Assembly (NCBI GenBank): GCA_037129895.1
Contig: JBAXUB010000001.1
Span: forward strand, 18,947-82,946
From: Candidatus Tayloriibacteriota bacterium
Lineage (GTDB): Bacteria > Patescibacteriota > Minisyncoccia > Phycocordibacterales > PALSA-1337
Length of the DNA stretch: 64,000 bases
Direction: 5' to 3'
Shown here: positions 9,821 through 19,447 of the stretch, one piece after another
How the letters are laid out: each line of letters starts with the position of its first letter
How positions within the stretch are numbered: position 1 is the first letter of the stretch
Translations under genes and position numbers: made by a program
Notes under the pieces: model-generated
Told to the model about the DNA's origin: nothing
Database searches by the model: none
The model's input: the letters and a program-made list of their open reading frames with translations, nothing else

Positions 9821-12800
9821 TTATCTAATATCCAACTTCACATTCAATTCACCGACAGCCTGACTCTCCCCAGTCACACTCGAGAACGATATACCTTTGA
9901 CTGAAGTAGCTGCAGAAATCGCCTTCTCATTCTTTTCAATAAATGTCTTGCCGGCTACATCCGTATCAACTATGAGAGATACCTTATCATTCACGGTAAA
10001 GCCCCTATCCTTGCGAAGATCCTGAATAACGCGTATGAGTTCACGAACTGTTCCCTCTTCTTTCAGTGCTGGAGTTATAGCGATATCTAACTCGACTTCT
10101 TGAGTGAGACCCGCCAAAAACATAACTTCCTTTACATTGACTTCATCCATGATGAGTTCACAGAACTCTGGACTGAGTCCCGCCGACTTCTCTGTATTAT
10201 TGACCGTCAATTTTGCCAAAGGTTGTCTAACGTTGATCTTGGCTTTCATACGGGCTTCGAGACCTTTCGAAGCAATGTCTCTAACTATTTGCATGTTCTC
10301 GATCAATTTCGCATCGGATTTTCCAACTTCTGGCCAAGACGTGAGATGTACGCTATTAGTAGAGCCGAACAATTCCTGATGTAGATACTCAGCATAGAGT
10401 GGAGTAAACGGCGCCATCAATCTCGCTAGAGTTGAGAGCACGTATCTAGTAGTAGATAGAGCCTGTATCTTATCTACACCATCATTCTTGAACCGATCTC
10501 TAGATCTACGCAGATACCATTGAGAGAGTTCAGCTATAAAATCACGGATCGCCCTGGTCGGTTCAAAGAATTTGTAATTGTCTAGATTTTTCGTTGTTGT
10601 TTCTATCAACTGACTTAGTTTGGCGATGATCCATCGATCCAAGATATTGGAAGACAACGATCTGTCCACTGCCCTCTTTTCTAATGTAGCATCACCCAAC
10701 TCCTCGACACTTCTATTCTCATATAGTTTATAGAATGCTGTAACATTGGATATGAGATTGAATACTTTCTTCACAACCTCATCAACAGTTTTCTCATCAA
10801 AATTCTTTGAATCTCCTGGCTGATTGACGGAATACATCCAAAAACGTAGTGCGTCTGCTCCATATTTATCCATCATATCCCAAGGACTAACGACGTTGCC
10901 GATGGACTTACTCATCTTCTTGCCTTTGGCATCCAGGATATGTCCCAAACAGATTACATTCTTGTACGCCTTACCTTTACCCATGATCGCTCCGATAGCA
11001 TGCAATGTATAGAACCATCCACGTGTCTGATCGATCGCCTCCGAGATGAAATCCGCCGGATAAGCAATGTCCCGACCGATCTCTTCATTCCCGCCCAACT
11101 CATGCTCCTGCGAAAACGGCATCGATCCGGAATCGAACCAGACGTCCAAAACTTCCCTAGCACGACTCATCGTCCCGCCACACTGGCAATCCAACTTTAC
11201 ATCATCTATGAATGGTTTATGTAGATCAAGCTCATAATCCGCATTGTGAGGCAAGATAGAAAAATCCACTGGTCGCACTTCTGCGTTTGCGATGAAATCT
11301 TCCTGCTTTCGGTAGATTCTAGCACTATCGATATCATGACCTGCTGCAGCTGCAAACAATGTATAGGCCGGAGTCTCATGAGTGACGATCAATATCGTTT
11401 TGCCCTCATATTTACTTTCCATATCATATAGGAATTCACCCATACGTCTCTTTATATCCATATAGTCTTCCCCTCCTTCTGGTTTCCATAACCATCGGTC
11501 ATTCTCGCCGCATGCACGAGCCAATTCATCCACACCCTTCCCATCGAAAATTCCCGCACCATATTCTCTGATCCGATCATCTACAATAACTCTCGACGAA
11601 TCGAGGCCGACTACATCACGTACTATCTCAGCAGTTTCTCTAGTTCGTAGGAGTGGAGATGTAAAGATAAGATCGATTTTTGATGATACCAACTTCGCAG
11701 CAGAATCACTCACGTCTTTCTCGCCTTTCTCGGTCAAGTTGATGATGGAAGTAGCCGCAGTATCTAGAATATTCCTAACATTGTTCTCTGCTTCGCCATG
11801 TCTCATGACCAAGTATTTGTTCTTCGATCTCTTGGCCAATTCAGAAACAACACCAACCACTCTAGTAGATTTACACTTCTCACATGTCCATACAGGCAAC
11901 GGCGTCCCCCAATAACGCTCTCTCGATATTGCCCAATCCTTGATCTCACGTAGCCACTCACCAAAACGACCCTCCTTGATATGTTCGGGTTCCCAATGTA
12001 TCCCCTCATTTTCCTTAACTAATGTGTCGCGCAAACTAGACATCCGCAAATACCATGAATCGCGAGCGAAATATATGAGAGGTGTATGACAACGCCAACA
12101 GAATGGATATGTGTGTTCATACTTTTCCTTGGCAAACAAAAGTTTTCGTCCAGCCAAATCCTTTATGATAGTGACATCCGTGCCAGGATCTTTGACGAAA
12201 AGACCAGCCAATGATCCGGCCTCTTTCTTGAAAGTACCATCATCATTCACCAAGTGGAATTTCGGAAGCCCTACCTTCGTCCCCAATTCAAAATCATCCT
12301 GACCATACATAACTGCTATATGAACGATTCCAGTTCCGTCAGACGTTGTAACGAACGGAGCGGCGTAGACTCTATATGCATTCGCTAGCTTCTCCTTTTC
12401 GGTACCTTGCACATTGTCCTTGAGAAAGGGATACAAAGGGTTATAGGCGAGACCTACCAATGTTCCACCTTTCACAGTTTCCAACACGCTCGCATTTTCA
12501 AAATGTGACTTCAATGCTTCGAACCTCTCTTTCGCCAAAATCACCACTTCCCCGCTTGCGACTTTTACTTTTACATATTCGATATCGGCATTAATCGCTA
12601 AACCAACATTCCCTGGCAACGTCCACGGAGTAGTCGTCCATGCCAACAAGTATGTATTAGCTTCACCAACGACTTCAAATTTTACATAAACTGATAGATC
12701 TTTGACCGTCTCATATCCTTGCGCCAATTCGTGTGAAGAAAGACCCGTCCCACAACGTGGGCACCACGGAACTACTTTGTAGTCTTTATAAAGTAGTTTC

Positions 12801-13345
12801 TTGTTTTCAGCAGTTTTGATTATACTCCAAACCGACTCTATATATTGCGACTTGTAAGTTATATATGGATTCTCTAGGTCCACCCAATAACCCATACGAT
12901 CAGTGAAGTCCTCCCATTCATGTACGTACTTCCAGACACTCGCTTTGCACTTCTCATTGAATAGGCCTATGCCGTATGACTCTATTTCTTTTTTGGACTT
13001 CAGCCCGAGTTCCTTTTCTACTTGTAACTCAACTGGCAGACCATGTGTATCCCATCCACCTTTTCGACGTACATGATAACCCTGCATCGTCTTGTATCTA
13101 GGAATTGCATCCTTGAAAGCACGCGCCTCTAGATGATGGATACCTGGTCTACCGTTAGCTGTCGGAGGTCCTTCATAAAATACGAACTCGCCCTTTGGAG
13201 ACTCCTTGCCCAATGACTTTTCGAAAACGCTATTCTCTTTCCAATACTTCAAAATCGCCTCTTCACGCAATGCATGGGGACTTTTCACTGAATTTGTTGA
13301 ATACTGGCTATTCTCTCGATCAGTTTTGTTGTTTGGAAGAGGCAT
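9821..13345 (-). CDS. ileS: Isoleucyl-tRNA synthetase with an inserted histidine-phosphatase (PGAM-like) domain
   Basis: PGIHHL (HIGH) and KMSKSIGN are present, with an editing domain. Residues about 508-700 (YLVMRHGEAENN...LIVTHETP...) form a nested RHG phosphatase domain. Confidence 0.9.
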   Translation of the reverse strand: MPLPNNKTDRENSQYSTNSVKSPHALREEAILKYWKENSVFEKSLGKESPKGEFVFYEGPPTANGRPGIHHLEARAFKDAIPRYKTMQGYHVRRKGGWDTHGLPVELQVEKELGLKSKKEIESYGIGLFNEKCKASVWKYVHEWEDFTDRMGYWVDLENPYITYKSQYIESVWSIIKTAENKKLLYKDYKVVPWCPRCGTGLSSHELAQGYETVKDLSVYVKFEVVGEANTYLLAWTTTPWTLPGNVGLAINADIEYVKVKVASGEVVILAKERFEALKSHFENASVLETVKGGTLVGLAYNPLYPFLKDNVQGTEKEKLANAYRVYAAPFVTTSDGTGIVHIAVMYGQDDFELGTKVGLPKFHLVNDDGTFKKEAGSLAGLFVKDPGTDVTIIKDLAGRKLLFAKEKYEHTYPFCWRCHTPLIYFARDSWYLRMSSLRDTLVKENEGIHWEPEHIKEGRFGEWLREIKDWAISRERYWGTPLPVWTCEKCKSTRVVGVVSELAKRSKNKYLVMRHGEAENNVRNILDTAATSIINLTEKGEKDVSDSAAKLVSSKIDLIFTSPLLRTRETAEIVRDVVGLDSSRVIVDDRIREYGAGIFDGKGVDELARACGENDRWLWKPEGGEDYMDIKRRMGEFLYDMESKYEGKTILIVTHETPAYTLFAAAAGHDIDSARIYRKQEDFIANAEVRPVDFSILPHNADYELDLHKPFIDDVKLDCQCGGTMSRAREVLDVWFDSGSMPFSQEHELGGNEEIGRDIAYPADFISEAIDQTRGWFYTLHAIGAIMGKGKAYKNVICLGHILDAKGKKMSKSIGNVVSPWDMMDKYGADALRFWMYSVNQPGDSKNFDEKTVDEVVKKVFNLISNVTAFYKLYENRSVEELGDATLEKRAVDRSLSSNILDRWIIAKLSQLIETTTKNLDNYKFFEPTRAIRDFIAELSQWYLRRSRDRFKNDGVDKIQALSTTRYVLSTLARLMAPFTPLYAEYLHQELFGSTNSVHLTSWPEVGKSDAKLIENMQIVRDIASKGLEARMKAKINVRQPLAKLTVNNTEKSAGLSPEFCELIMDEVNVKEVMFLAGLTQEVELDIAITPALKEEGTVRELIRVIQDLRKDRGFTVNDKVSLIVDTDVAGKTFIEKNEKAISAATSVKGISFSSVTGESQAVGELNVKLDIR

Positions 13346-13480
13346 GATATTGAATCACCGAATAATGGTATTTATGGCATTCATTCTAGCATTTTTTTGA
13401 TTAATTGGAATAAAAATGCTCAGAACAGCTAAAAGCGATTCTGAGCGAGTGAAGTCGAGAGACCAGTACAACATGTGTCG

Positions 13481-13921
13481 TTAAGCCGGCACTCGTAACC
13501 GTGACAAGATGCACAACACTTCATCAACGAGGAGTCTGTGTCCGGACTTGACCATCGGGATTTCGTAACGCAGACCATTTAATCCCTGGTCATGCCAGAT
13601 GCGTATCTCCATGAACTCTGCAGCTGATTCAGCCTTCTTGAGATCACAGAGGACGCTAGGATCGTATAACTCGAAGCTGGCGATCCAAGCTGCTTGCATA
13701 TGCTTAACATCAGCTGGATCGATCTTGAGACCAACCCAACACCCGGTCTGTGGTAAAGTCTTCTTCACCGGGCAACAACAACGAAATCCTGGCCGTGTTT
13801 GCTCAATGTGCGCAATTTCGATCGGAAACTCGGCCAACTCTGTATACAACAGAGGTACGGCCCTAGGTATCAATCTATTCATATGTAATTCTCCTTCTGC
13901 CGAAACTCTACCATTAAACAA
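13481..13921 (-). CDS. Hypothetical Cys-containing protein (FRCCCPV) of higher GC than its neighbours
   Basis: 146-aa ORF co-oriented with the flanking argS/ileS. No family recognised. A competing plus-strand ORF at 13599..13946 is less likely. Confidence 0.35.
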   Translation of the reverse strand: MFNGRVSAEGELHMNRLIPRAVPLLYTELAEFPIEIAHIEQTRPGFRCCCPVKKTLPQTGCWVGLKIDPADVKHMQAAWIASFELYDPSVLCDLKKAESAAEFMEIRIWHDQGLNGLRYEIPMVKSGHRLLVDEVLCILSRLRVPA

Positions 13922-13932
13922 ATATAAATCAA

Positions 13933-15666
13933 CTACATCTTCCTAGGAACTTTGATCCCCAGTATCCACAAACCGCGAGTCATGGTTTTCAAGAATGCTT
14001 TGGTAAGTTCAACCCTGTAATCAGACATGGGATCTTTTTTATCGAGAATAGTCTCCGCAGCATAGAAACTATTGAAACTTCCTGCCAATTGAACCAAATA
14101 ATTGGAAACGATCTGAGGAGCGTATTCAATATTGGCGCGCTCAGCAATATCTGGAAAACGAACCAACAATTTTTCTAGTACACCAACATGATCTGGTTTT
14201 TGTATTGCTAATGACGCAGATTTCGATCCTCCTGCCTTCTCAATGATCGAATTGGCTCGTACAGCTGAATATTGTAGATACGGACCAGAGTCCCCTTCAA
14301 ATGATATAGACGCTGCAGAATCAAATATTACATTACCACCGATCGCCTGACGCAATATCGTATATTTGATCGCTCCAACTGCTATATCTGTAGCGATCTC
14401 GTCACTTTCATCGGCAGTGAAATTTCGTTCAGCGATCCTCTCTATCACCATTTTTTTCATCTCACCGATCAATGAATCCGCAGTTATAACATTACCTGTT
14501 CTAGATGACATTTTGCCTTGAGAAAAACGCAGCATTCCATGACCGATATGGAATGTCTTTCCACCATTTTTTTCATCAATCAGAGACAAGACCTTTCTGA
14601 TGACTTTGAAATATTCATTTTGCTCATTGGCTGTCACGACGATCGATCTTTCTACATTTGGATATTTGCGAAATTTTGTAACATTCAAGCCAACATCTTT
14701 GGTCTCATAAGTTGGCAAACCGCGAGAATTGATAAATACTCTAGTATGTAAACCATACTCTTCCCCTTTGAATACAACCGCACCGTCGCTTTCCTCGAAA
14801 ACTTCGGTGGCTCCCCGTCCTTTCATATGTGCCCGAACTACTTCTAGCCCAATAGCCGCTACTTCACTCTCAAATATCTGTGTATCAAACTTTGTACCCA
14901 GAATTCCATATAGCAATTGGAAGTGATCCAAACTCCATCCCCTACCCTTGTCATACAGATCATTCACTGACTGATCAGACTTGTCATATATGACTTGATT
15001 GAGCTCATCAATCTCGTTTTTCACCGTCGGATCAGCATCATAGGCTTTTGTCCCTTCAACATACATCTTCCCCAAGAATTGCGTCCTCTCCTCGATAGGT
15101 GCAGCTTCGGATGGAATCTCTTCCAGGTGTTGTTGCATCGCCCAGATCGATTTTGCAATATGTAGACCGATATCAGACGGATAACAGATCCTAATTATTT
15201 TCTTGCCAGAAAACTCTATAAGTCTAGAAACTGATTCCCCTATCGTATTGGACATGATGTGCCCGATATGGAAAGCTTTGAAGGTATTTGGATCGGTATA
15301 TTCTATGAGTACCTCACCCGCATTTTCCTTATGATCCGCACCTACACCACCGATCACGTGATCAGTCTTTGCAATATTCAAAATCTCATCGAAGAAAATC
15401 TGATCCTTCAATTTGAAATTGATAAATCCGACTCCAGCAACCTGCACATCCACGATGAAATCAGGTCTGACATTTTTCATATCTGCTACGATTTTTTCTG
15501 CCAGAACTTTCGGTGACGTACCCAATTGTTTCGAGTAGACAAGCGCCACATTGGTCGTAAGATCACCGTGATCCATGTTTTCTGGATAATCCAACTTGAT
15601 CTGCGGCTGAGCTACACCTAGGGACCTCAGTGATTTTTCGACTAGATTTATCAGTTCTTGCTTCAT
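13933..15666 (-). CDS. argS: Arginyl-tRNA synthetase
   Basis: HIGH motif (FHIGHIMSN), length 577 aa, overall ArgRS pattern. Confidence 0.9.
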   Translation of the reverse strand: MKQELINLVEKSLRSLGVAQPQIKLDYPENMDHGDLTTNVALVYSKQLGTSPKVLAEKIVADMKNVRPDFIVDVQVAGVGFINFKLKDQIFFDEILNIAKTDHVIGGVGADHKENAGEVLIEYTDPNTFKAFHIGHIMSNTIGESVSRLIEFSGKKIIRICYPSDIGLHIAKSIWAMQQHLEEIPSEAAPIEERTQFLGKMYVEGTKAYDADPTVKNEIDELNQVIYDKSDQSVNDLYDKGRGWSLDHFQLLYGILGTKFDTQIFESEVAAIGLEVVRAHMKGRGATEVFEESDGAVVFKGEEYGLHTRVFINSRGLPTYETKDVGLNVTKFRKYPNVERSIVVTANEQNEYFKVIRKVLSLIDEKNGGKTFHIGHGMLRFSQGKMSSRTGNVITADSLIGEMKKMVIERIAERNFTADESDEIATDIAVGAIKYTILRQAIGGNVIFDSAASISFEGDSGPYLQYSAVRANSIIEKAGGSKSASLAIQKPDHVGVLEKLLVRFPDIAERANIEYAPQIVSNYLVQLAGSFNSFYAAETILDKKDPMSDYRVELTKAFLKTMTRGLWILGIKVPRKM

Positions 15667-15997
15667 GCTTCAATATTAACAGAGATACTCGAACTTCATC
15701 ATATTGACAATGTGCAGAAAAAGAGTATAATAGTAAATGGCTAGGAGGTTTTGAGGTCCAATCTCCTGTACTCGCTCTTCCTCGAGAGTCCAAACTATAA
15801 TCCCGGAATGAGTCCGTACTTAATTAGGGGTACTTTGGTTCCTCACCGACACAATGAATACTTAGGCCACCTGCCGAGTTGAACGGCGAATTCTTCATTG
15901 ACGGCCCCACACCTCAGATGCACCCTCTTCTGGTTCGAAATATCAGGAAACTCCGTAAAAAGAGTCCTGATACATTATTCACTAAAGAGGGCGCTAC

Positions 15998-16030
15998 CAC
16001 GAGTGATCCACTAGGACTTCGTGTTTTTTT
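15998..16030 (+). terminator. Hairpin (CACGA...TCGTG) followed by T7, a plus-strand intrinsic terminator candidate
   Basis: cacgagtgatccactaggacttcgtgttttttt. Confidence 0.4.
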
Positions 16031-16034
16031 ATAT

Positions 16035-16097
16035 TTACTTACAAACACTAGGAAAAACCGGCTTCTTCAAGACAGCATCGATCTTTCCTGCAATTGT
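16035..16097 (-). repeat. Degenerate copy of the glyA 3' end (encodes ..AGKIDAVLKKPVFPSVCK*), a direct repeat of 17213..17275
   Basis: About 80% nucleotide identity to the authentic glyA C-terminal codons, reading on the same strand. Confidence 0.8.
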
Positions 16098-16126
16098 TTA
16101 CTGAACGAGGCATAGCAATATAATTC

Positions 16127-16138
16127 TTGACTTGTCAA
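16127..16138. promoter_or_regulatory. Perfect palindrome TTGACttGTCAA 32 bp upstream of the sigma-factor start, a candidate -35/operator
   Basis: Seen directly in the sequence. Contains a TTGAC -35-like hexamer. Confidence 0.3.
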
Positions 16139-16169
16139 TAGTGAATATGCTAACCTCTCAACAGACAAA

Positions 16170-17138
16170 TTGATGATACTTTTTAGCAGAACTATGAAAA
16201 CTCAAAATGACGGCTCCGACCTGTTACTATACAGTCGGGCAATCCACGAACATCCCCTACTGACAGAGCAAGAGGTAGTCGAGCTCTGCAAACAGAGGAC
16301 TGCCGGAAGCCTGGAGGCATACGACAAACTAATCCTGCATAACTTGAGATTAGTGATATTCATAGCGAAAGACTTCTCAAATAGAGGACTGGAGTTGTCC
16401 GACGCGATCCAAGAAGGAATGATGGGGCTCATGATCGCTATTCAGCGATTCGACCCATCTATAGGTCTATCGCTCAGCGGTTATGCGGGCTTGTGCATAA
16501 GAAACAAGATGCATCGGGCACTTTTCAATCAAAGCCAGGGTATTCGCATTCCTGTTCACTTTCGTGAGACTTTTCACAAAATCAAACGAATCCAGGACCA
16601 ACTACTCACTGTATTAGATAGGGAGCCAACATTCGAAGAGATCGGCCACGAACTTAACAAGAGTGCCGCTTACGTTTCGAATGTTCTTGACTCTATGTTG
16701 AGGACACGTTCCACATCGATCGACGCCGAAATAGAACTCGATGGTGACACTTCTCTAGACGGCAGACACCAATCAATCGCTGACCAACAAGTCCTCGACC
16801 CGTCAATGGCACTAGATGCAAAAGAGACCTTGCATATACTGAAATCACGCCTTGAACAATTGCCTGCTGATATCACAAACCTCGACAACCTCAAAGAGAA
16901 ACACCGAGAAGTGTTCCGGATGCGATACAATTTTGATCACCAGTATACACCTCTTGTCAGTCTCGTAGATATAGCGAAAGAGTTTGACATGAGCAAACAA
17001 AGAATCCAACAGAGTCTCTGTTTCACCTGGCGCAAATTGAACAAGACCGGTGTACGAGGTTCTGACCGTTGGGTCGTCACCACGCTCGACCGGATCGATG
17101 AGCTAGAGTCGATCGTCGCTGCTATTGAAAACAATTGA
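16170..17138 (+). CDS. RNA polymerase sigma factor, sigma-70 family (regions 2, 3 and 4 present; no region 1.1)
   Basis: Region 2 DAIQEGMMGLMIAIQRFDP and a region 4 HTH (LVSLVDIAKEFDMSKQRIQQ). Confidence 0.85.
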   Translation: MMILFSRTMKTQNDGSDLLLYSRAIHEHPLLTEQEVVELCKQRTAGSLEAYDKLILHNLRLVIFIAKDFSNRGLELSDAIQEGMMGLMIAIQRFDPSIGLSLSGYAGLCIRNKMHRALFNQSQGIRIPVHFRETFHKIKRIQDQLLTVLDREPTFEEIGHELNKSAAYVSNVLDSMLRTRSTSIDAEIELDGDTSLDGRHQSIADQQVLDPSMALDAKETLHILKSRLEQLPADITNLDNLKEKHREVFRMRYNFDHQYTPLVSLVDIAKEFDMSKQRIQQSLCFTWRKLNKTGVRGSDRWVVTTLDRIDELESIVAAIENN

Positions 17139-17167
17139 GCCACGAAAATCGACCTACAACAATACAC

Positions 17168-17200
17168 AACCAGACCAATTAAGCGGTCTGGTTTTTTATT
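17168..17200 (+). terminator. Intrinsic terminator of the sigma-factor gene
   Basis: aaCCAGACCaattaagcGGTCTGGttttttattt. Confidence 0.7.
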
Positions 17201-17212
17201 TAATGATGCAAA

Positions 17213-17275
17213 CTATTTGCAGACCTGAGGAGAAACCGGCTTTTTCAAAACAGCATCGATCTTTCGAGCAATCTT
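17213..17275 (-). repeat. Authentic glyA 3' end; direct-repeat partner of 16035..16097
   Basis: See the paired repeat feature. Confidence 0.8.
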
Positions 17276-18430
17276 TACAAAATCTTTCTCTTTCCTACCA
17301 CGAGTAGTCTCTGCGGCGGTGCCAAGTCGTATGCCTGACGGGTCAGCTGGTGGACGTGTGTCGAAAGGAATGGCGTTCTTGTTGACGATGATACCTGCTT
17401 GTTCGAGTCTAGTACTAGCCTCTTTACCAGTAACTCCGCCAGCACCATTTTCATTCACATGACCGTCATGCCAAGTATCTACCAAAACTAGATGACTATC
17501 CGTGCCACCAGAGATGACCCTCCAACCAAACTTTCTCAGGTGTTCCGCCAAAACTGCAGCATTCTTCACAACTTGTGCAGCGTATTTCTTGAATTTTGGA
17601 CTAGCTGCTTCTTTGAGTGCCACTGCAACAGCAGCAATCTGATTTATATGTGGTCCACCCTGTAGTCCAGGAAAAACTGCCTTGTCTATCTTCTTGTCCA
17701 ATTCCCTATCATCGCGTCTCACGAATATGAGAGCTGCGCGTGGGCCACGGAGAGTTTTGTGTGTAGTCGTCGTAACAATATCAGCATATGGAAAAGGTGC
17801 AGGATATGCACCACCAGCTACCAATCCAGCGATATGAGACATATCAACCATGAGTAAAGCCTGAGCCGCGTCCGCAACTTCCCTCATCTTGACCCAATCA
17901 ATAATACGAGGATAGGCCGTATAGCCAGCAACTATGATCGCCGGCTTTTCTGCCACAGCCTTTTCTCGAAGCTGATCGTAATTCAATACTTCAGTTGTCT
18001 TATCTACACCATATGGCACCTGAGTCCAAAACTTTCCTGTAGCAGAAACTTTGTGCCCATGCGTAAGGTGTCCTCCTTGATCGAGTGACATCCCCATGAT
18101 CTTACCGCCTTGTGGGACTAACGCGGTATAGACTGCCAGATTCGCTGGTGAACCCGAGAGAGCTTGCACGTTTACATGCCACTTATCATGATCGAGCCCG
18201 AATAATTCTAACGCCCTTTCCATACACAGACTCTCTATCTTATCTACTATCTCATTACCCCCATAATATCTCTTTCCCGGATAACCCTCCGCATATTTAT
18301 TGGTAAGTTCTGAGCCAAGTGCCTCTAACACATCATTCGAAACATAATTCTCCGAAGCTATCAGGTTGACGACTTTTTTCTGTCTATTCTTTTCTGACAA
18401 TATTAATTTTTTTATTTGTTTATCTTTCAT
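17213..18430 (-). CDS. glyA: Serine hydroxymethyltransferase (start at internal Met MKDKQIKK)
   Basis: LIASENYVS...YAEGYPGKRYYGG signature; PLP-lysine region present. Confidence 0.9.
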   Translation of the reverse strand: MKDKQIKKLILSEKNRQKKVVNLIASENYVSNDVLEALGSELTNKYAEGYPGKRYYGGNEIVDKIESLCMERALELFGLDHDKWHVNVQALSGSPANLAVYTALVPQGGKIMGMSLDQGGHLTHGHKVSATGKFWTQVPYGVDKTTEVLNYDQLREKAVAEKPAIIVAGYTAYPRIIDWVKMREVADAAQALLMVDMSHIAGLVAGGAYPAPFPYADIVTTTTHKTLRGPRAALIFVRRDDRELDKKIDKAVFPGLQGGPHINQIAAVAVALKEAASPKFKKYAAQVVKNAAVLAEHLRKFGWRVISGGTDSHLVLVDTWHDGHVNENGAGGVTGKEASTRLEQAGIIVNKNAIPFDTRPPADPSGIRLGTAAETTRGRKEKDFVKIARKIDAVLKKPVSPQVCK

Positions 18431-18751
18431 ATGTATATCGTAACATAACATACCGCCTACAAAAAATGGTCCGCTACACCCAGTGTGTAACGGACCACCA
18501 ACCACCCATACAAAGGGAAGAAATCAACGACACACGACGCGACTTTAGTGACAAAATAGAATTTGTCCAATCCTTAGCCACTCATACGGTGATATGTCGT
18601 TTTTGTTTGACCATTGAAGGTCTGCGAGCCAAATGGCCCAGTACGGGACGCGAACTCATAGTTCGAATCTCTGATGAAAAGATTACTCCTCGTCCGCAAT
18701 TAATGCAAGCTAGTTATACACACGTTATCCACAGGCTATTCCGTGACTCGT

Positions 18752-19402
18752 CTACTTGAGCAGTTTGCGCATCTCCTCCAAGAAATCACTTTTCACTTCC
18801 TCGAAAGGCCTATTGGCGTCTATCGTAACATGCGGCACTTTCTTCAGAAATTTCAAATACCCCTTCCTCACCTTTTCGTGGAATATGATCTTTCTATTAT
18901 CGAAATGATCATACTTGGTAGTATTTCTGTTCGACTCATTGCGAGATCTCGCACGACGCAGACCAACCAGAGGATCCACATCCACAAACACATAGAGATC
19001 TGGGACATGTACCAACTTGTCACGAAGTAACCAGAAGATTTCCTCGAGATCGCCATTTGTTTGAGCTGCGACTTGATATGCAAAAGAAGAACCATCAAAT
19101 CTATCGGCCACCACCGACATTCCCGATTTCAATGACGGCTCGATCACATTCACCACATTGTCGAAGCGGGCGGCAAACATAAGACACAGTGTCGTCTCAG
19201 CCGGCGCAGTCTTCGCTAGAGGATTCTTGAGTGCAGCATTCCTGATGATCTCCGCATAAGGCGATCCTCCAGGTTCACGAGTTATGAGAGCAACACCCGG
19301 CATCTCCTTCGCGAGAGCGGCCATGAGTGAAGATTTACCGGAACCTTCTCCACCTTCAACAGCGATGAACATCGGTCTCTTTTTATTTCTCAATTTTTTC
19401 AT
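18752..19402 (-). CDS. tmk: Thymidylate (dTMP) kinase family dNMP kinase
   Basis: P-loop FIAVEGGEGSGKSS and TREPGGS motifs. Confidence 0.85.
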   Translation of the reverse strand: MKKLRNKKRPMFIAVEGGEGSGKSSLMAALAKEMPGVALITREPGGSPYAEIIRNAALKNPLAKTAPAETTLCLMFAARFDNVVNVIEPSLKSGMSVVADRFDGSSFAYQVAAQTNGDLEEIFWLLRDKLVHVPDLYVFVDVDPLVGLRRARSRNESNRNTTKYDHFDNRKIIFHEKVRKGYLKFLKKVPHVTIDANRPFEEVKSDFLEEMRKLLK

Positions 19403-19447
19403 GATTTTACTTTCTACATCACTTATACCAGAGAGAGATGACAGCGT

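Noticed and set aside
13346-13480. T-box leader upstream of ileS
   Set aside because: The spacer is only about 135 nt and lacks specifier-loop/antiterminator architecture. An AT-rich 9-bp inverted repeat is present but is not diagnostic.
15879-16115. 78-aa plus-strand ORF upstream of the sigma factor
   Set aside because: It runs straight through a hairpin-T7 terminator and the glyA-tail repeat, and has no start context.
18640-18680. tRNA-like TTCGAAT box in the tmk-glyA spacer
   Set aside because: No flanking T-stem complementarity and no acceptor or anticodon arms could be built.
18431-18751. ZTP (pfl) riboswitch upstream of glyA
   Set aside because: I could not find the conserved GACUGGCG and CCGCCUGGGC elements on the coding strand. 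It is retained only as an unexplained long leader.
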